A stretch of 64,000 nucleotides of DNA from Usitatibacteraceae bacterium. Its GTDB lineage: Bacteria; Pseudomonadota; Gammaproteobacteria; Burkholderiales; Usitatibacteraceae. The DNA lies in contig JBGATH010000006.1 of NCBI GenBank assembly GCA_044229235.1, forward strand, positions 10,760-74,759, in the 5' to 3' direction. Both the position numbers and the translations under genes were made by a program. The first letter of the stretch is position 1; each line of letters begins with the position of its first letter. Below the pieces are notes generated by a model. That model saw only the letters and a program-made list of their open reading frames with translations, did not search any database and had not been told where the DNA came from. Positions 19,697 to 29,164 of this stretch are shown one piece after another.

Positions 19697-21847
19697 GTGG
19701 ATTTCGACCCGACGATCAATACGCGATTTGAATCCGAAATCGCCCGCTACCATGTCTGGCGCGAAGAATTGACGCGTTCGGTACACGAGTATCACGACTG
19801 GCTCGAGCGCACCAATCAGCTCGACGTGCAGCAGTCCATTCGATTTTACGACCTGCTTGAAACGCTCAATCGGGGACGGCTCCAGCTTGCGTTCCTGGCC
19901 GAGTTCTCGCGCGGCAAGTCGGAGCTGATCAACGCGCTGTTTTTCTCCTCTTTCAAGGAGCGGCTGCTGCCCTCCGATGTGGGGCGGACCACCATGTGTC
20001 CGACCGAGATTTTCCACGATCCGAACGAGGAGCCGTACCTCAAACTGCTGTCGGTGGAGACGCGCTACCGCGATGAATCCATCTCGCAGTTGAAAAACAT
20101 GCCGGTCGAGTGGTCGAAAATCCGCCTGAATGTCGACAGCGCCAAGGACATGAAGCAGGCGCTTTCTGCGCTGGCCGATACCAAGCGGGTGTATGCGCTG
20201 GATGCCCGCATGATGGGGCTCATCCCGATGTTTGACGACTCGGGCGAGGGACCCAAGGAAGACGACATTGTCGAAGTGCCGGCCTGGCGCTACGCCATCA
20301 TCAACTATCCGCACCCGCTGTTGACCAATGGCCTGTCGATACTCGACACGCCCGGCCTGAATGCCCTTGGACTGGAGCCGGAGCTGACGCTTTCGACCGT
20401 GCCCAATGCCCACGCCGTACTGTTTTTGCTCAGCATCGATACAGGCGTCACCAAGAGCGATCTTGAGATCTGGGACCGATACGTGAAGGCCGGGCTTCCC
20501 GCAAAGATCGCCGTGCTCAACAAGATCGATCTGATGTGGGACGAACTCAAGACCGAGCCGGAAATTCGTGCCGGCATGCAGCGCATGATGGAGACGACAT
20601 GCGCGCAGCTCGGCCTGCCGCCGGAGAAAGTATTCGCGCTTTCAGCGCAGAAAGCGCTCCTGGGCCGCATCAAGGGTGACCAGGAAATGGTCGAGCGCTC
20701 CGGCATCGGGCGGCTCGAGTCGTACCTGGCCAATGAAATCATCCCGATCAAGCGCCAGCTGCTGGCAAAGGCTGTCACCAACGAGATCGGCGCCATGATG
20801 GTTGCCAGCCATCGCAGCTGTACCCAGAAGCTCGAAGCCAACCAGTTGCAACTCAACGAACTGGCCTCGCTTGCGGGAAAGAGCCGCGAACTGACCATGA
20901 AGCTCTGGCAAAAGGTCAGCGAGGAAAAAGAGGCCTACAACAACGCGCTCACCGAATACAAGGTGCAGCGTACCGCCTTCAACCAGAAGCGTAACGCGCT
21001 GATGGACGTATTCAACCCGACCAAACTCGATGTCGTCTGTTCGCGCAGCCTGCAGGCCATCAACGACTCATGGACCACGCCCGGCCTCACCCGCGGCATG
21101 CGTGAGCTCATCAAGCTGGTCACCGACGAATTCAACAGTGTCAGCATGGCAGGCGAGGATGTCCTGCGCCTCATGGAGGGCGTCTACAACACCTTCCACC
21201 AGCGCTTCAAGTTCGAAAAAATGGATTTCCCGACGCTTGACTTCAACGGTCCACGCGCAAAACTGGCGGCGCTGGTTTTTGAGACCGAGCAGTTCTGCAA
21301 GGATCCGGTCAATATCATGATGACCGAAAAGCGCTACATGGTACGCAAGTTCTGGCGCATGCTGGTGGATCAGGCGCGCAGGATTTTCAACGAAGCCCGT
21401 TCGGATACCGAGCGGTGGCTGGCTGCCGTACCATTGCCGCTGGAAACCCAGATCAAGGATCACAAGGCACAGTTGCAGGCGCGCCTCGATTCGCTCGCCA
21501 AGGTCAATGAGCGCGGTGGCGCAATCAATGAAGAAGTCAACAAGCTCCAGGCGCAGCGCAAGGAAATCCAGCGCCAGATACAGATGATTACCGCGCTGAT
21601 CCTGAAGGTGCGCGATGTCGGCCCGTCGCCGGACGGCACGGCCGGCGACCAGACGATGCGCGTGGCGAGCCCCGCCAAGGCGGTCGCCTCCAGCGTTGCG
21701 ACCGAGGCGCAGCCGCTCATGCCTGTATCCGAGACCCCGCCAGAGTTCATGAAGACCCAGAAAATGGCCGCAGTAAAGACAGACCCCCCGGCCGAATTCA
21801 TGACCACACAGAAACTGGACCTGAACGCGCTCGGCAAACCTTCGTAG
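19697..21847 (+). CDS. bacterial dynamin-like GTPase
   Basis: G1 AEFSRGKSELINAL, G2 GRTTMCPTE, G3 ILDTPGLNA, G4 VLNKIDL, followed by a long helical stalk. GTG start. Confidence 0.8.
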   Translation: MDFDPTINTRFESEIARYHVWREELTRSVHEYHDWLERTNQLDVQQSIRFYDLLETLNRGRLQLAFLAEFSRGKSELINALFFSSFKERLLPSDVGRTTMCPTEIFHDPNEEPYLKLLSVETRYRDESISQLKNMPVEWSKIRLNVDSAKDMKQALSALADTKRVYALDARMMGLIPMFDDSGEGPKEDDIVEVPAWRYAIINYPHPLLTNGLSILDTPGLNALGLEPELTLSTVPNAHAVLFLLSIDTGVTKSDLEIWDRYVKAGLPAKIAVLNKIDLMWDELKTEPEIRAGMQRMMETTCAQLGLPPEKVFALSAQKALLGRIKGDQEMVERSGIGRLESYLANEIIPIKRQLLAKAVTNEIGAMMVASHRSCTQKLEANQLQLNELASLAGKSRELTMKLWQKVSEEKEAYNNALTEYKVQRTAFNQKRNALMDVFNPTKLDVVCSRSLQAINDSWTTPGLTRGMRELIKLVTDEFNSVSMAGEDVLRLMEGVYNTFHQRFKFEKMDFPTLDFNGPRAKLAALVFETEQFCKDPVNIMMTEKRYMVRKFWRMLVDQARRIFNEARSDTERWLAAVPLPLETQIKDHKAQLQARLDSLAKVNERGGAINEEVNKLQAQRKEIQRQIQMITALILKVRDVGPSPDGTAGDQTMRVASPAKAVASSVATEAQPLMPVSETPPEFMKTQKMAAVKTDPPAEFMTTQKLDLNALGKPS

Positions 21848-21894
21848 AGCGACCGGCCGTCAGGCCGTGGCGATGCCCAATCAGTTTGTGGCGG

Positions 21895-23346
21895 TTACAC
21901 CAGGATGACGTCGTACTGTTCCTGTGTGTACGAGGTTTCCACCGAAAGCGAGATGGGCTTTTTGATGAAGTCCTCAAGCATGGTCAGGCTTTGTGATTCT
22001 TCGTCGAGGAAGCGGTCAATCACGGACTGCGACGCGAGGATACGAAACTCCCGCGTTTCGAACTGGCGCGCGGACCGCATGATTTCGCGCAGGATTTCAT
22101 AGCAAACAGTCTGCGCGGACTTGATTTCGCCCCGCCCCGCGCAGGTCGGGCACGGCTCGCAAAGAACATGTGCGAGACTCTCGCGCGTGCGCTTGCGGGT
22201 CATCTCCACCAGGCCCAATTGCGTGAAGCCGTTGACGGTAATCCGGGTGCGGTCACGCGACAGCGACTTATTGAACTCGGCCAGCACCGCGTTGCGATGT
22301 TCGTCGTTGTCCATGTCGATGAAGTCGACGATGATGATGCCGCCGAGGTTGCGAAGTCGCAGCTGGCGGGCGATGGCCTGCGTGGCCTCCAGGTTGGTTT
22401 TGAATATCGTGTCGTCGAAGCTGCGACCGGAGACAAAGGCGCCCGTATTCACATCCACCGTCGTCAACGCCTCGGTCTGGTCGATGATGACGTAGCCACC
22501 TGACTTGAGATCGACGCGCCTTTCCAGTGCGCGCTCGATCTCATCCTCGGCGGCAAACAGGTCAAACAAAGGCCGCTCGCCGCTGTAGTGCTCCAGCACC
22601 GACAGCGAGCTGCGCATGTAGCGCTCCGCAAAATTGACCATGCGCGCATAGGTCTCGCGTGAATCCACCACAATGCGCTCGGTATCCTTTGAAACCAGGT
22701 CGCGCAACACCCGCAATGCCAGGTCCAGGTCCTGGTACAGCAGCATTTGTGGCGGCGCGGTCTTGGCGGTTTCGGTGATGCCGCGCCAGAGTTTGACCAG
22801 GTACTCGATGTCGGCCGTCAGCTCTTCATCGGTTGCTGCCTCGGCCACGGTACGCACGATGAAGCCGCCATCGGCGCCCTCAGGCAGCAGGTGGTGTACC
22901 CGTTCACGCAGTTGCTCGCGCTCGGCTTCGTCTTCGATGCGCTGCGAGATACCGATATGCTGGTCGCCCGGCAGATACACCAGCAGCCGCCCGGCGATGG
23001 AAATCTGGGTCGACAGGCGGGCACCCTTGCTGCCGATGGGATCCTTGATCACCTGAACAACCAGGGTCTGACCTTCGTGAAGCAGCTTTTCAATCGGTTT
23101 TTGCTCGCCCGATTTGTTCGAGGACCAGATATCGGCAACGTGCAGGAACGCGGCGCGCGCCAGCCCGATTTCGATGAACGCTGACTGCATGCCGGGCAGC
23201 ACCCGTCCCACACGACCCAGGTATATGTTTCCCACCAGGCCGCGATTCGAGATGCGTTCCACGTGCAATTCCTGCACGGCACCGAGTTCCATGACGGCAA
23301 CCCGCGTTTCCTGCGGTGTGACATTGATGAGGATTTGCTCGTTCAA
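21895..23346 (-). CDS. rng: ribonuclease G (RNase E/G family)
   Basis: (M)NEQILINVTPQETRVAV..VGNIYLGRVGRVLPGMQSAFIEIG is collinear with E. coli Rng. The ORF could also start at TTG 23382; TTG 23346 matches the family N-terminus. Confidence 0.9.
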   Translation of the reverse strand: MNEQILINVTPQETRVAVMELGAVQELHVERISNRGLVGNIYLGRVGRVLPGMQSAFIEIGLARAAFLHVADIWSSNKSGEQKPIEKLLHEGQTLVVQVIKDPIGSKGARLSTQISIAGRLLVYLPGDQHIGISQRIEDEAEREQLRERVHHLLPEGADGGFIVRTVAEAATDEELTADIEYLVKLWRGITETAKTAPPQMLLYQDLDLALRVLRDLVSKDTERIVVDSRETYARMVNFAERYMRSSLSVLEHYSGERPLFDLFAAEDEIERALERRVDLKSGGYVIIDQTEALTTVDVNTGAFVSGRSFDDTIFKTNLEATQAIARQLRLRNLGGIIIVDFIDMDNDEHRNAVLAEFNKSLSRDRTRITVNGFTQLGLVEMTRKRTRESLAHVLCEPCPTCAGRGEIKSAQTVCYEILREIMRSARQFETREFRILASQSVIDRFLDEESQSLTMLEDFIKKPISLSVETSYTQEQYDVILV

Positions 23347-23434
23347 AGCGGTACTTTCGGCACCAGCGCCAAGGCCGGGCAAGGAACTTCATGGCTTACT
23401 TGGTCGGCGCGGTGTTTGTTGCCGCCGCACTGCC

Positions 23435-24046
23435 CTAGAGGGGCACGCCGCATTGTCTCAGCAGAGTCGCAGTCTCGTAAAGCGGCAATCCCATGACACC
23501 CGAGTAGCTGCCGGACAATTTGGCGATGAACTTGGCGGCTATGCCCTGGACGGCGTAGGCGCCGGCCTTGTCCATCGGCTCACCGGTTTCGACATAACGC
23601 TTGATCTCTTCCTCGGTGAGCGGGGCAAAGGTGACGAAGCTGGTGGTGAGCACCTGTTTCACTTCATTGTCCACCGCGACGGCAATCGCGGTCAGCACCT
23701 GGTGCGATTCGCCGGCCAGCCTGGTGAGGATGCGCACCGCGTCGGCCTTGTCCGATGGCTTGCCGAGAATATTGCCATCCAGGGTAACCGTCGTGTCCGC
23801 CGTCAGGATCGGGCGCGACGGCAGCTTGCGCTGGCGCATGACCTGCATCGCCATATCCGATTTCATGCGGACGATGCGCTCGACATAGGTATGTGCAGTT
23901 TCGTGCGGCAGCGGCGTTTCGTCGACATCGATGCGTGGTGCCTGTTCGCGCATCATCAGCAACTCATAGTGCACGCCGATCTGCTTGAGCAGTTCGCGAC
24001 GGCGCGGACTTTTGGAGGCGAGGTAAATGATGTTGGCAGGAAGCAT
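23435..24046 (-). CDS. maf: Maf-family nucleoside-triphosphate pyrophosphatase
   Basis: IYLASKSPRRRELLKQIG...KAGAYAVQG. Confidence 0.9.
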   Translation of the reverse strand: MLPANIIYLASKSPRRRELLKQIGVHYELLMMREQAPRIDVDETPLPHETAHTYVERIVRMKSDMAMQVMRQRKLPSRPILTADTTVTLDGNILGKPSDKADAVRILTRLAGESHQVLTAIAVAVDNEVKQVLTTSFVTFAPLTEEEIKRYVETGEPMDKAGAYAVQGIAAKFIAKLSGSYSGVMGLPLYETATLLRQCGVPL

Positions 24047-24055
24047 GAAGCTATT

Positions 24056-24523
24056 TTATTCCCGATGGTAGGGGTGGTTGTTGTGCAGTGACCAGGCGCG
24101 ATACAACTGCTCGGCCAGCATCACCCGCACCATGCCGTGCGGCAGCGTGCAGCCCGATAAGGCGATGGTGCGCCGGGCAGACTTTTTGACCGCCGGCGCG
24201 ATTCCGTCGGCACTGCCGATGATGAAACACGGGCTTACTCCCTGATCCATCCATTCACGCAGCCAGCCGGCCAGCAGGGCGGTGGTCAACGATGTCCCGC
24301 GCTCATCGAGCACGATGCGCTCGGCATTGCGCGGTACGGCCGCGTCGATGCGCGCGCCTTCCAGTGCCAGAACCCGTTCGACGGTTTTGGATGCGCGGTC
24401 CTCCGGCTTCAGCTCGATCAGCTCGACGCGGGCTTCCGGTGGCATGCGCCGGGTGTACTCCTCAAAACCGGCCTGTACCCAGCCGGGCATGCGATGGCCG
24501 AGGGCGAGGATGCTCAGCTTCAC
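24056..24523 (-). CDS. rlmH: 23S rRNA (pseudouridine1915-N3)-methyltransferase
   Basis: (V)KLSILALGHRMPGWVQAGFEEYTRRM...FIIGSADG..LSGCTLPHGMVRVMLAEQLYRA; 155 aa from GTG 24523. The upstream 20 codons of the ORF run into a REP hairpin. Confidence 0.9.
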   Translation of the reverse strand: MKLSILALGHRMPGWVQAGFEEYTRRMPPEARVELIELKPEDRASKTVERVLALEGARIDAAVPRNAERIVLDERGTSLTTALLAGWLREWMDQGVSPCFIIGSADGIAPAVKKSARRTIALSGCTLPHGMVRVMLAEQLYRAWSLHNNHPYHRE

Positions 24524-24551
24524 AATGCGCTGCAAACGGCAACGAACAGAT

Positions 24552-24617
24552 AAACCCCAGCATTGGCGAGCCTTCCAGGCCATTTTTGGCCTGGAAGGCC
24601 CGCCAATGCTGGGGTTT
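24552..24617. repeat. REP-like palindromic element, copy A
   Basis: 30-nt arms AAACCCCAGCATTGGCGAGCCTTCCAGGCC / GGCCTGGAAGGCCCGCCAATGCTGGGGTTT (1 mismatch), loop ATTTTT. Intergenic between rsfS and rlmH. Confidence 0.85.
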
Positions 24618-24655
24618 GGCCCTCGTTCTGATGGCGCGCTGACATGATGCCGCGG

Positions 24656-25267
24656 CTAGTCCGCGGCCGCCTTGCGCTTGCGCACAGCCGGTTTTTTCGC
24701 TGCCGTTTTGGCTGTTGCCGCAGTCTTTGCTGTGTTGCTGACGCGGTTCTTCGTCACGGCACCCTTGCCGGTGGCTGCCGGTTTTTTCTTGATCGCGGCC
24801 GGTTTCTTCGTCGTCTTCGATTCGGCCGTCCTGGTCCGGGATTTCGCGGTGGCGCTTGCCGGCTTTTTCACCGTGGTCTTGCCCGGCTTGGCAGCGCTTG
24901 CCTTGGGGATCGCCTTGGCGCGCGCCGGCTTGGGAAACTCGAGCTTGCCTTCGCCCCAGAGCTCTTCAAGCTTGTAGTGCTCGCGAACCGCCGGTTGCAT
25001 GATGTGCACCACCACGTCGCCGCAATCGACCAGCACCCACTCGCCGGATGCCTCTCCCTCGGTGCCGTAAATCCAGCCGCCGGCCTCCCTGACTTTGTCC
25101 ATCACGTTGCGGGCCAGCGCCTTGGTCTGGCGGTTGGAATCGGCGCTGGCGACGGCGAGGTAGTCAAAAACCGATGTGAGCTTGCTGACATTGATGAGTT
25201 TGATGTCGCGTGCCTTGATGTCTTCGAGCGCATCGATGACAACGGCGGTGAGTTTCTTGTTAGCCAA
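24656..25267 (-). CDS. rsfS: ribosome silencing factor RsfS with Lys/Ala/Pro-rich C-terminal extension
   Basis: The RsfS core (..DYLAVASADSNRQTKALARNV...WVLVDCGDVVVHIMQPAVREHYKLEELW) is followed by about 90 aa of AKP-rich sequence. The likely start is TTG 25267, preceded by AGGAGA; the ORF opens at 25309. Confidence 0.85.
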   Translation of the reverse strand: MANKKLTAVVIDALEDIKARDIKLINVSKLTSVFDYLAVASADSNRQTKALARNVMDKVREAGGWIYGTEGEASGEWVLVDCGDVVVHIMQPAVREHYKLEELWGEGKLEFPKPARAKAIPKASAAKPGKTTVKKPASATAKSRTRTAESKTTKKPAAIKKKPAATGKGAVTKNRVSNTAKTAATAKTAAKKPAVRKRKAAAD

Positions 25268-25958
25268 CTTTGTTTCTCTCCTCGGGAAGGTACAGCCGAT
25301 GCTGCTCAATATAATCGCAAACTGCGTCAGGTGTCAGGCCGCGGATGGGCTCGCCGCGCGCAACTTTTTCACGAATGGTCGTTGAAGACACCGGCGGTGG
25401 CGCGCTGCCCAGTCGCACTACTGCGCCTGCAGCCTCAACATGCGTCTGCAGCAGGCCGGCGAGTCGTGGTTCGATCGCCGTCCACAATTCGCGCGAACAG
25501 GTGTACTTGCTCAGCGGGCTGGCCGCGCGCTCGATGACCGCAAAATGGGCCATGTTGAACAGCTCCTGCCAGCGGTGCCAGGTATCAAGGCGCGAAAAGG
25601 CATCGCTGCCAATCAGCCAGACCAGTCCTGTCTGGCTGCCGTATTGGCGGCGCAGTTCCATAAGCGTGTCAAAGGTGTAAGTCGCCCCGGTGCGATGCAA
25701 CTCGCGTTCGTCCACGCTGATGCCGGCGCACCCGGCCGCCGCCAACCTCAGCATGGCCACGCGATGCTGCGCCGGTGCCAGCAACTGGCTCGCCTTTTGA
25801 TAGGGGTTACCCGCGGGCAGCAGGATCAGCGCAGCGGTTTCGAGTTGCGCGAGCGCAGCCTTGGCAAGCGCAATGTGCCCGGCATGCACCGGGTCGAATG
25901 TGCCACCAAACAGAGCGATGGGTTTCAACTGGCGCCGGCGCTCACGGCTGGCAATCAA
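25260..25958 (-). CDS. nadD: nicotinate-nucleotide adenylyltransferase
   Basis: [19 protein letters not shown] (HxGH) and the C-terminal SSTTIR motif. Confidence 0.9.
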   Translation of the reverse strand: MIASRERRRQLKPIALFGGTFDPVHAGHIALAKAALAQLETAALILLPAGNPYQKASQLLAPAQHRVAMLRLAAAGCAGISVDERELHRTGATYTFDTLMELRRQYGSQTGLVWLIGSDAFSRLDTWHRWQELFNMAHFAVIERAASPLSKYTCSRELWTAIEPRLAGLLQTHVEAAGAVVRLGSAPPPVSSTTIREKVARGEPIRGLTPDAVCDYIEQHRLYLPEERNKVG

Positions 25959-27271
25959 TTACGAATCTGGCCATCACCGAATACCACCCACTTCTGCGAG
26001 GTGAGACCCTCCAGGCCGACCGGGCCGCGCGCATGCAGCTTGTCGGTGGAAATGCCGATCTCCGCGCCAAGGCCGTATTCGAAGCCGTCGGCAAAGCGGG
26101 TGGACGCGTTGATCATCACCGAACTGGAATCGACTTCGCGCAGAAAACGCATCGCCCGCGAATGATCCTCGGTGACGATTGCTTCGGTGTGTTGCGAACC
26201 GTAGTGGCTGATGTGCGCCATCGCCTCGTCGATGCCCGCAACCACGCGAATCGATACAATCGGCGCCAAATACTCGGTATGGAAATCGGCATCGGTGGCG
26301 TCCTGGATGCCTTGCAGGCCGGCCGATTCGAGAATCACGCGGCTCGCGGCGCAGGTGCGCATTTCCACTCCCTTGGCTGCGTAAATCTTGCCAATCAGAG
26401 GGAGAACCTCAGCAGAAACGCTGCGAGCCACCAACAGTGTCTCCATCGTGTTGCATGGCGCATAGCGCTGCGTCTTGGCGTTGTCGGCAATACGCACGGC
26501 CTTTTCGAGGTCTGCGCGATCGTCGATATAAACGTGACAGATGCCATCGAGGTGCTTGATCACCGGCACACGCGATTCCTCCGCAACTCGCGATGTGAGG
26601 CTTTTGCCGCCACGCGGAATGATCACGTCGATGACACCACGCATGCCCAGCATTTCGCCGACGGCAGCCCGGTCGGTCGTCGCGACCAGCTGCACGGCAT
26701 TAGCCGACAGGCCGGCAGCTTCCAGCCCCGCGCGCATTGCCGCGTGGATGGCCTGGTTGCTCGCCAGCGCTTCCGAGCCGCCCCGCAGGATGCAGGCGTT
26801 GCCCGATTTCAGGCAAAGCGCTGCCGCGTCCGCCGTCACGTTGGGTCGCGATTCGTAAATCATGCCGATCACGCCCAATGGCACGCGCATCCTGCCGACC
26901 TGGATACCCGAAGGCCGAAATTTGAGGTCGCTGATCTCGCCAACGGGGTCCGCCAGCGCCGCAACTTCACGCAGCCCGGCCGCCATGGCCGCAACCGATC
27001 TTTGGGTCAGCGTGAGGCGGTCGAGGAAAGCGCCGTCCTGACCGTTGTCGCGCGCGCGGCCAACGTCTTGCGCATTGGCGGATAGTATCGCTGCGGCATG
27101 TTGCTCAATGCTGTTCGCGGCCTCAACCAGCGCCTGGTTCTTTCTGGCCGTGCTGGCACGCGCCAGCTCCCGCGCGGCGGTTCTGGCCGCTGTGCCCACC
27201 TGGCGCATGTAGTCCGCCACAGCGTTGGCCGGGTCGCTGCCCAAAGGGGAAAAGTCGTGCATCTGGTTCAT
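25955..27271 (-). CDS. proA: glutamate-5-semialdehyde dehydrogenase (gamma-glutamyl phosphate reductase)
   Basis: ..[30 protein letters not shown]...CNTMETLLV.. (catalytic Cys). Confidence 0.9.
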   Translation of the reverse strand: MNQMHDFSPLGSDPANAVADYMRQVGTAARTAARELARASTARKNQALVEAANSIEQHAAAILSANAQDVGRARDNGQDGAFLDRLTLTQRSVAAMAAGLREVAALADPVGEISDLKFRPSGIQVGRMRVPLGVIGMIYESRPNVTADAAALCLKSGNACILRGGSEALASNQAIHAAMRAGLEAAGLSANAVQLVATTDRAAVGEMLGMRGVIDVIIPRGGKSLTSRVAEESRVPVIKHLDGICHVYIDDRADLEKAVRIADNAKTQRYAPCNTMETLLVARSVSAEVLPLIGKIYAAKGVEMRTCAASRVILESAGLQGIQDATDADFHTEYLAPIVSIRVVAGIDEAMAHISHYGSQHTEAIVTEDHSRAMRFLREVDSSSVMINASTRFADGFEYGLGAEIGISTDKLHARGPVGLEGLTSQKWVVFGDGQIRN

Positions 27272-27274
27272 GCG

Positions 27275-28270
27275 TCAGGCTGCTTTCATCAGGGGCTTGC
27301 CGGCTACGCCAAACGCGAGTTCGGCCAGCGCATCCCACGGATCGTTCGGATTCAGCCCCTTAATCATGCGGTCGATTTCCGCTGCCTGCAAGAGCAGCGC
27401 CCTGAGGCTATCGATTGAATGGCGGCGGGCGAGGCGGTCCAGGTCCCGGGCCTTGGCGGGATGTGGCGGCCTGCCGGAGCGCGTCAAGCCGCGTAATCGG
27501 GCCAGCAAACGAATTTCGTTGGTGATTACCCAAAGAATCAGCGGCGGCGCCTCTCCTTCGGCCTTGAGTCCGTCCAACATGCGGCGGATGCGCGCGGCAT
27601 CGCCCGCCTGCACGGCCTCAACCAACTGGAACGGGCTGAAGCGTGACACGTCGGCAATGCTGTCCTCCAGCAGTTCGAGGGATATTTCGCCCGGCGCGCA
27701 CAACAGGCCGAGCTTCCTGATTTCCTGCTGCGCAGCCAGCAGGTTGCCCTCCACCCGGTCGGCGAGGAACTCAAGCGACTCGCTGCTTGCCGACTGCTGC
27801 TGCCGCGCCAGCCGCGCCCCCAGCCACTGCGGCAGGCGGTTGCGGTCGATGGGCACCGCCTCGATCATGACGGCGGTTGACTCCAGCGCCAAAAACCATT
27901 TGGCCTGCCGTCCCTGCCAGTCGATATCGGGCAGGGTCAACAATGTGACCGTGTCGCCGGGCAGGCGCTGGCAATACTGTTCGAGCGCCGCCGAGCCATC
28001 GCGTCCCGGTTTGCCGCCGGGAATGCGAATTTCCATGAGTCGTTGGGTGGCGAACAGCGAAAGCTCACTGCTGGCCGACAGCAGTCTCGACCAGTCGAAT
28101 CCGGCCTCCGCCGTGAGTACCTCGCGCTCGGCATAGCCCGCGGCCCGCGCCCGTTCACGCAGCGCGTCGGCGGCTTCCAGCGCGGTCAGGGGTTCCGGTC
28201 CGTAGACCACATAGAGCGGTGCAAGCGTCGACGGTGGCCGCTCGAGGAACTGTTCAGCGGTAAGGCGCAA
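27275..28270 (-). CDS. holA: DNA polymerase III delta subunit
   Basis: LYVVYGPEPL start region, 331 aa, and position in the conserved leuS-lptE-holA context. Confidence 0.8.
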   Translation of the reverse strand: MRLTAEQFLERPPSTLAPLYVVYGPEPLTALEAADALRERARAAGYAEREVLTAEAGFDWSRLLSASSELSLFATQRLMEIRIPGGKPGRDGSAALEQYCQRLPGDTVTLLTLPDIDWQGRQAKWFLALESTAVMIEAVPIDRNRLPQWLGARLARQQQSASSESLEFLADRVEGNLLAAQQEIRKLGLLCAPGEISLELLEDSIADVSRFSPFQLVEAVQAGDAARIRRMLDGLKAEGEAPPLILWVITNEIRLLARLRGLTRSGRPPHPAKARDLDRLARRHSIDSLRALLLQAAEIDRMIKGLNPNDPWDALAELAFGVAGKPLMKAA

Positions 28271-28285
28271 GGTGGTTTCGAGGCG

Positions 28286-29164
28286 TCAGTAGGAAATGAT
28301 AAGTGTACGCGTCTCACTGCCGCTGCAGGTTGCCGTGGCGCAGGACCCCGCCTGTCCGCCGGCGATCTGCCCGGTCGCGGTGAAGGCTTGGGGCGTGCCA
28401 TTGCCGGTGCCCGAACTGGCGGACAGGCTCAGCGTGTAGGTGAGTCCCAGCAGCACGCTTGACGCAGCATCGAATGCCAGTGTGTACGGCAATCCCGTGG
28501 TGCACTGGACGCCGAAGGGGGTGCTGGCGCTGACCAGGCCGGCCTGGAACGAGGTGTAGTTGAAAGTGATATTGGAGGGGAACGAGGAAAACTGGCAGTT
28601 CGCGGTCGTGATCACGGTGACACCGAAGCCACCTGTCGCCAGCACGGCCAGCGTTCCGCTGTCCCGCAGAGTTACGCCCACGCTATCTGTATAAGTACCC
28701 GCCGGACGCACTGCCTGAGATCCGGGCAGGCGCAAATAGAAAACGGCGGTGGTGGTGGCGGAAGTTCCCACCGCGCCGAACGCCAGGGTGCCACTGAAGC
28801 GCGTCGCAGCTGCGTCCTGCCAACGATTGGCATTCGTGTAGGTAGGTACGCGATAGGCTTCGTAATTGTAGCGATTGGTGGTGGCGCCGAGCTGGACGCG
28901 GTTTTGTGCGCCGGCAGCGTGTATCCCGTTGTCGGCCCCCAGCGACCAGTTCAAGGTGGCTGCATCACCCCCTGCGCGTGTGCAGGTGATGGAATAGCTG
29001 CCGGTGGTCACGTTGTTACCCGCCACCGTGGGCGAGTAGGCGGTAACGATCGAGGTTACCGAGACACTGCACGTGAAGGCCTGCGCCGCCGGCACTCCAA
29101 GCAGAACCGCAAGGGCCCATGCTCGCAGGGCATGTCGCGCGATCGAGGGCAGGGTGATGTTCAT
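28286..29164 (-). CDS. two-domain spore-coat-U (SCPU) pilus subunit, probable tip/adhesin (CsuE position)
   Basis: Signal peptide ending AQA. Two SCPU-like halves, each starting with a C-containing strand (FTCSVSVTS.. / ANCQFSSFPSNITF..), and the end ..GSCATATCSGSETRTLIISY resembles the major subunit end ..GNCATTTCTN...TLTVTY. ATGA overlap with the usher stop. Confidence 0.75.
   Translation of the reverse strand: MNITLPSIARHALRAWALAVLLGVPAAQAFTCSVSVTSIVTAYSPTVAGNNVTTGSYSITCTRAGGDAATLNWSLGADNGIHAAGAQNRVQLGATTNRYNYEAYRVPTYTNANRWQDAAATRFSGTLAFGAVGTSATTTAVFYLRLPGSQAVRPAGTYTDSVGVTLRDSGTLAVLATGGFGVTVITTANCQFSSFPSNITFNYTSFQAGLVSASTPFGVQCTTGLPYTLAFDAASSVLLGLTYTLSLSASSGTGNGTPQAFTATGQIAGGQAGSCATATCSGSETRTLIISY

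Noticed and set aside
25775-27085. 436-aa ORF antisense to proA/nadD
   Set aside because: Shadow ORF. proA and nadD on the minus strand have diagnostic motifs.
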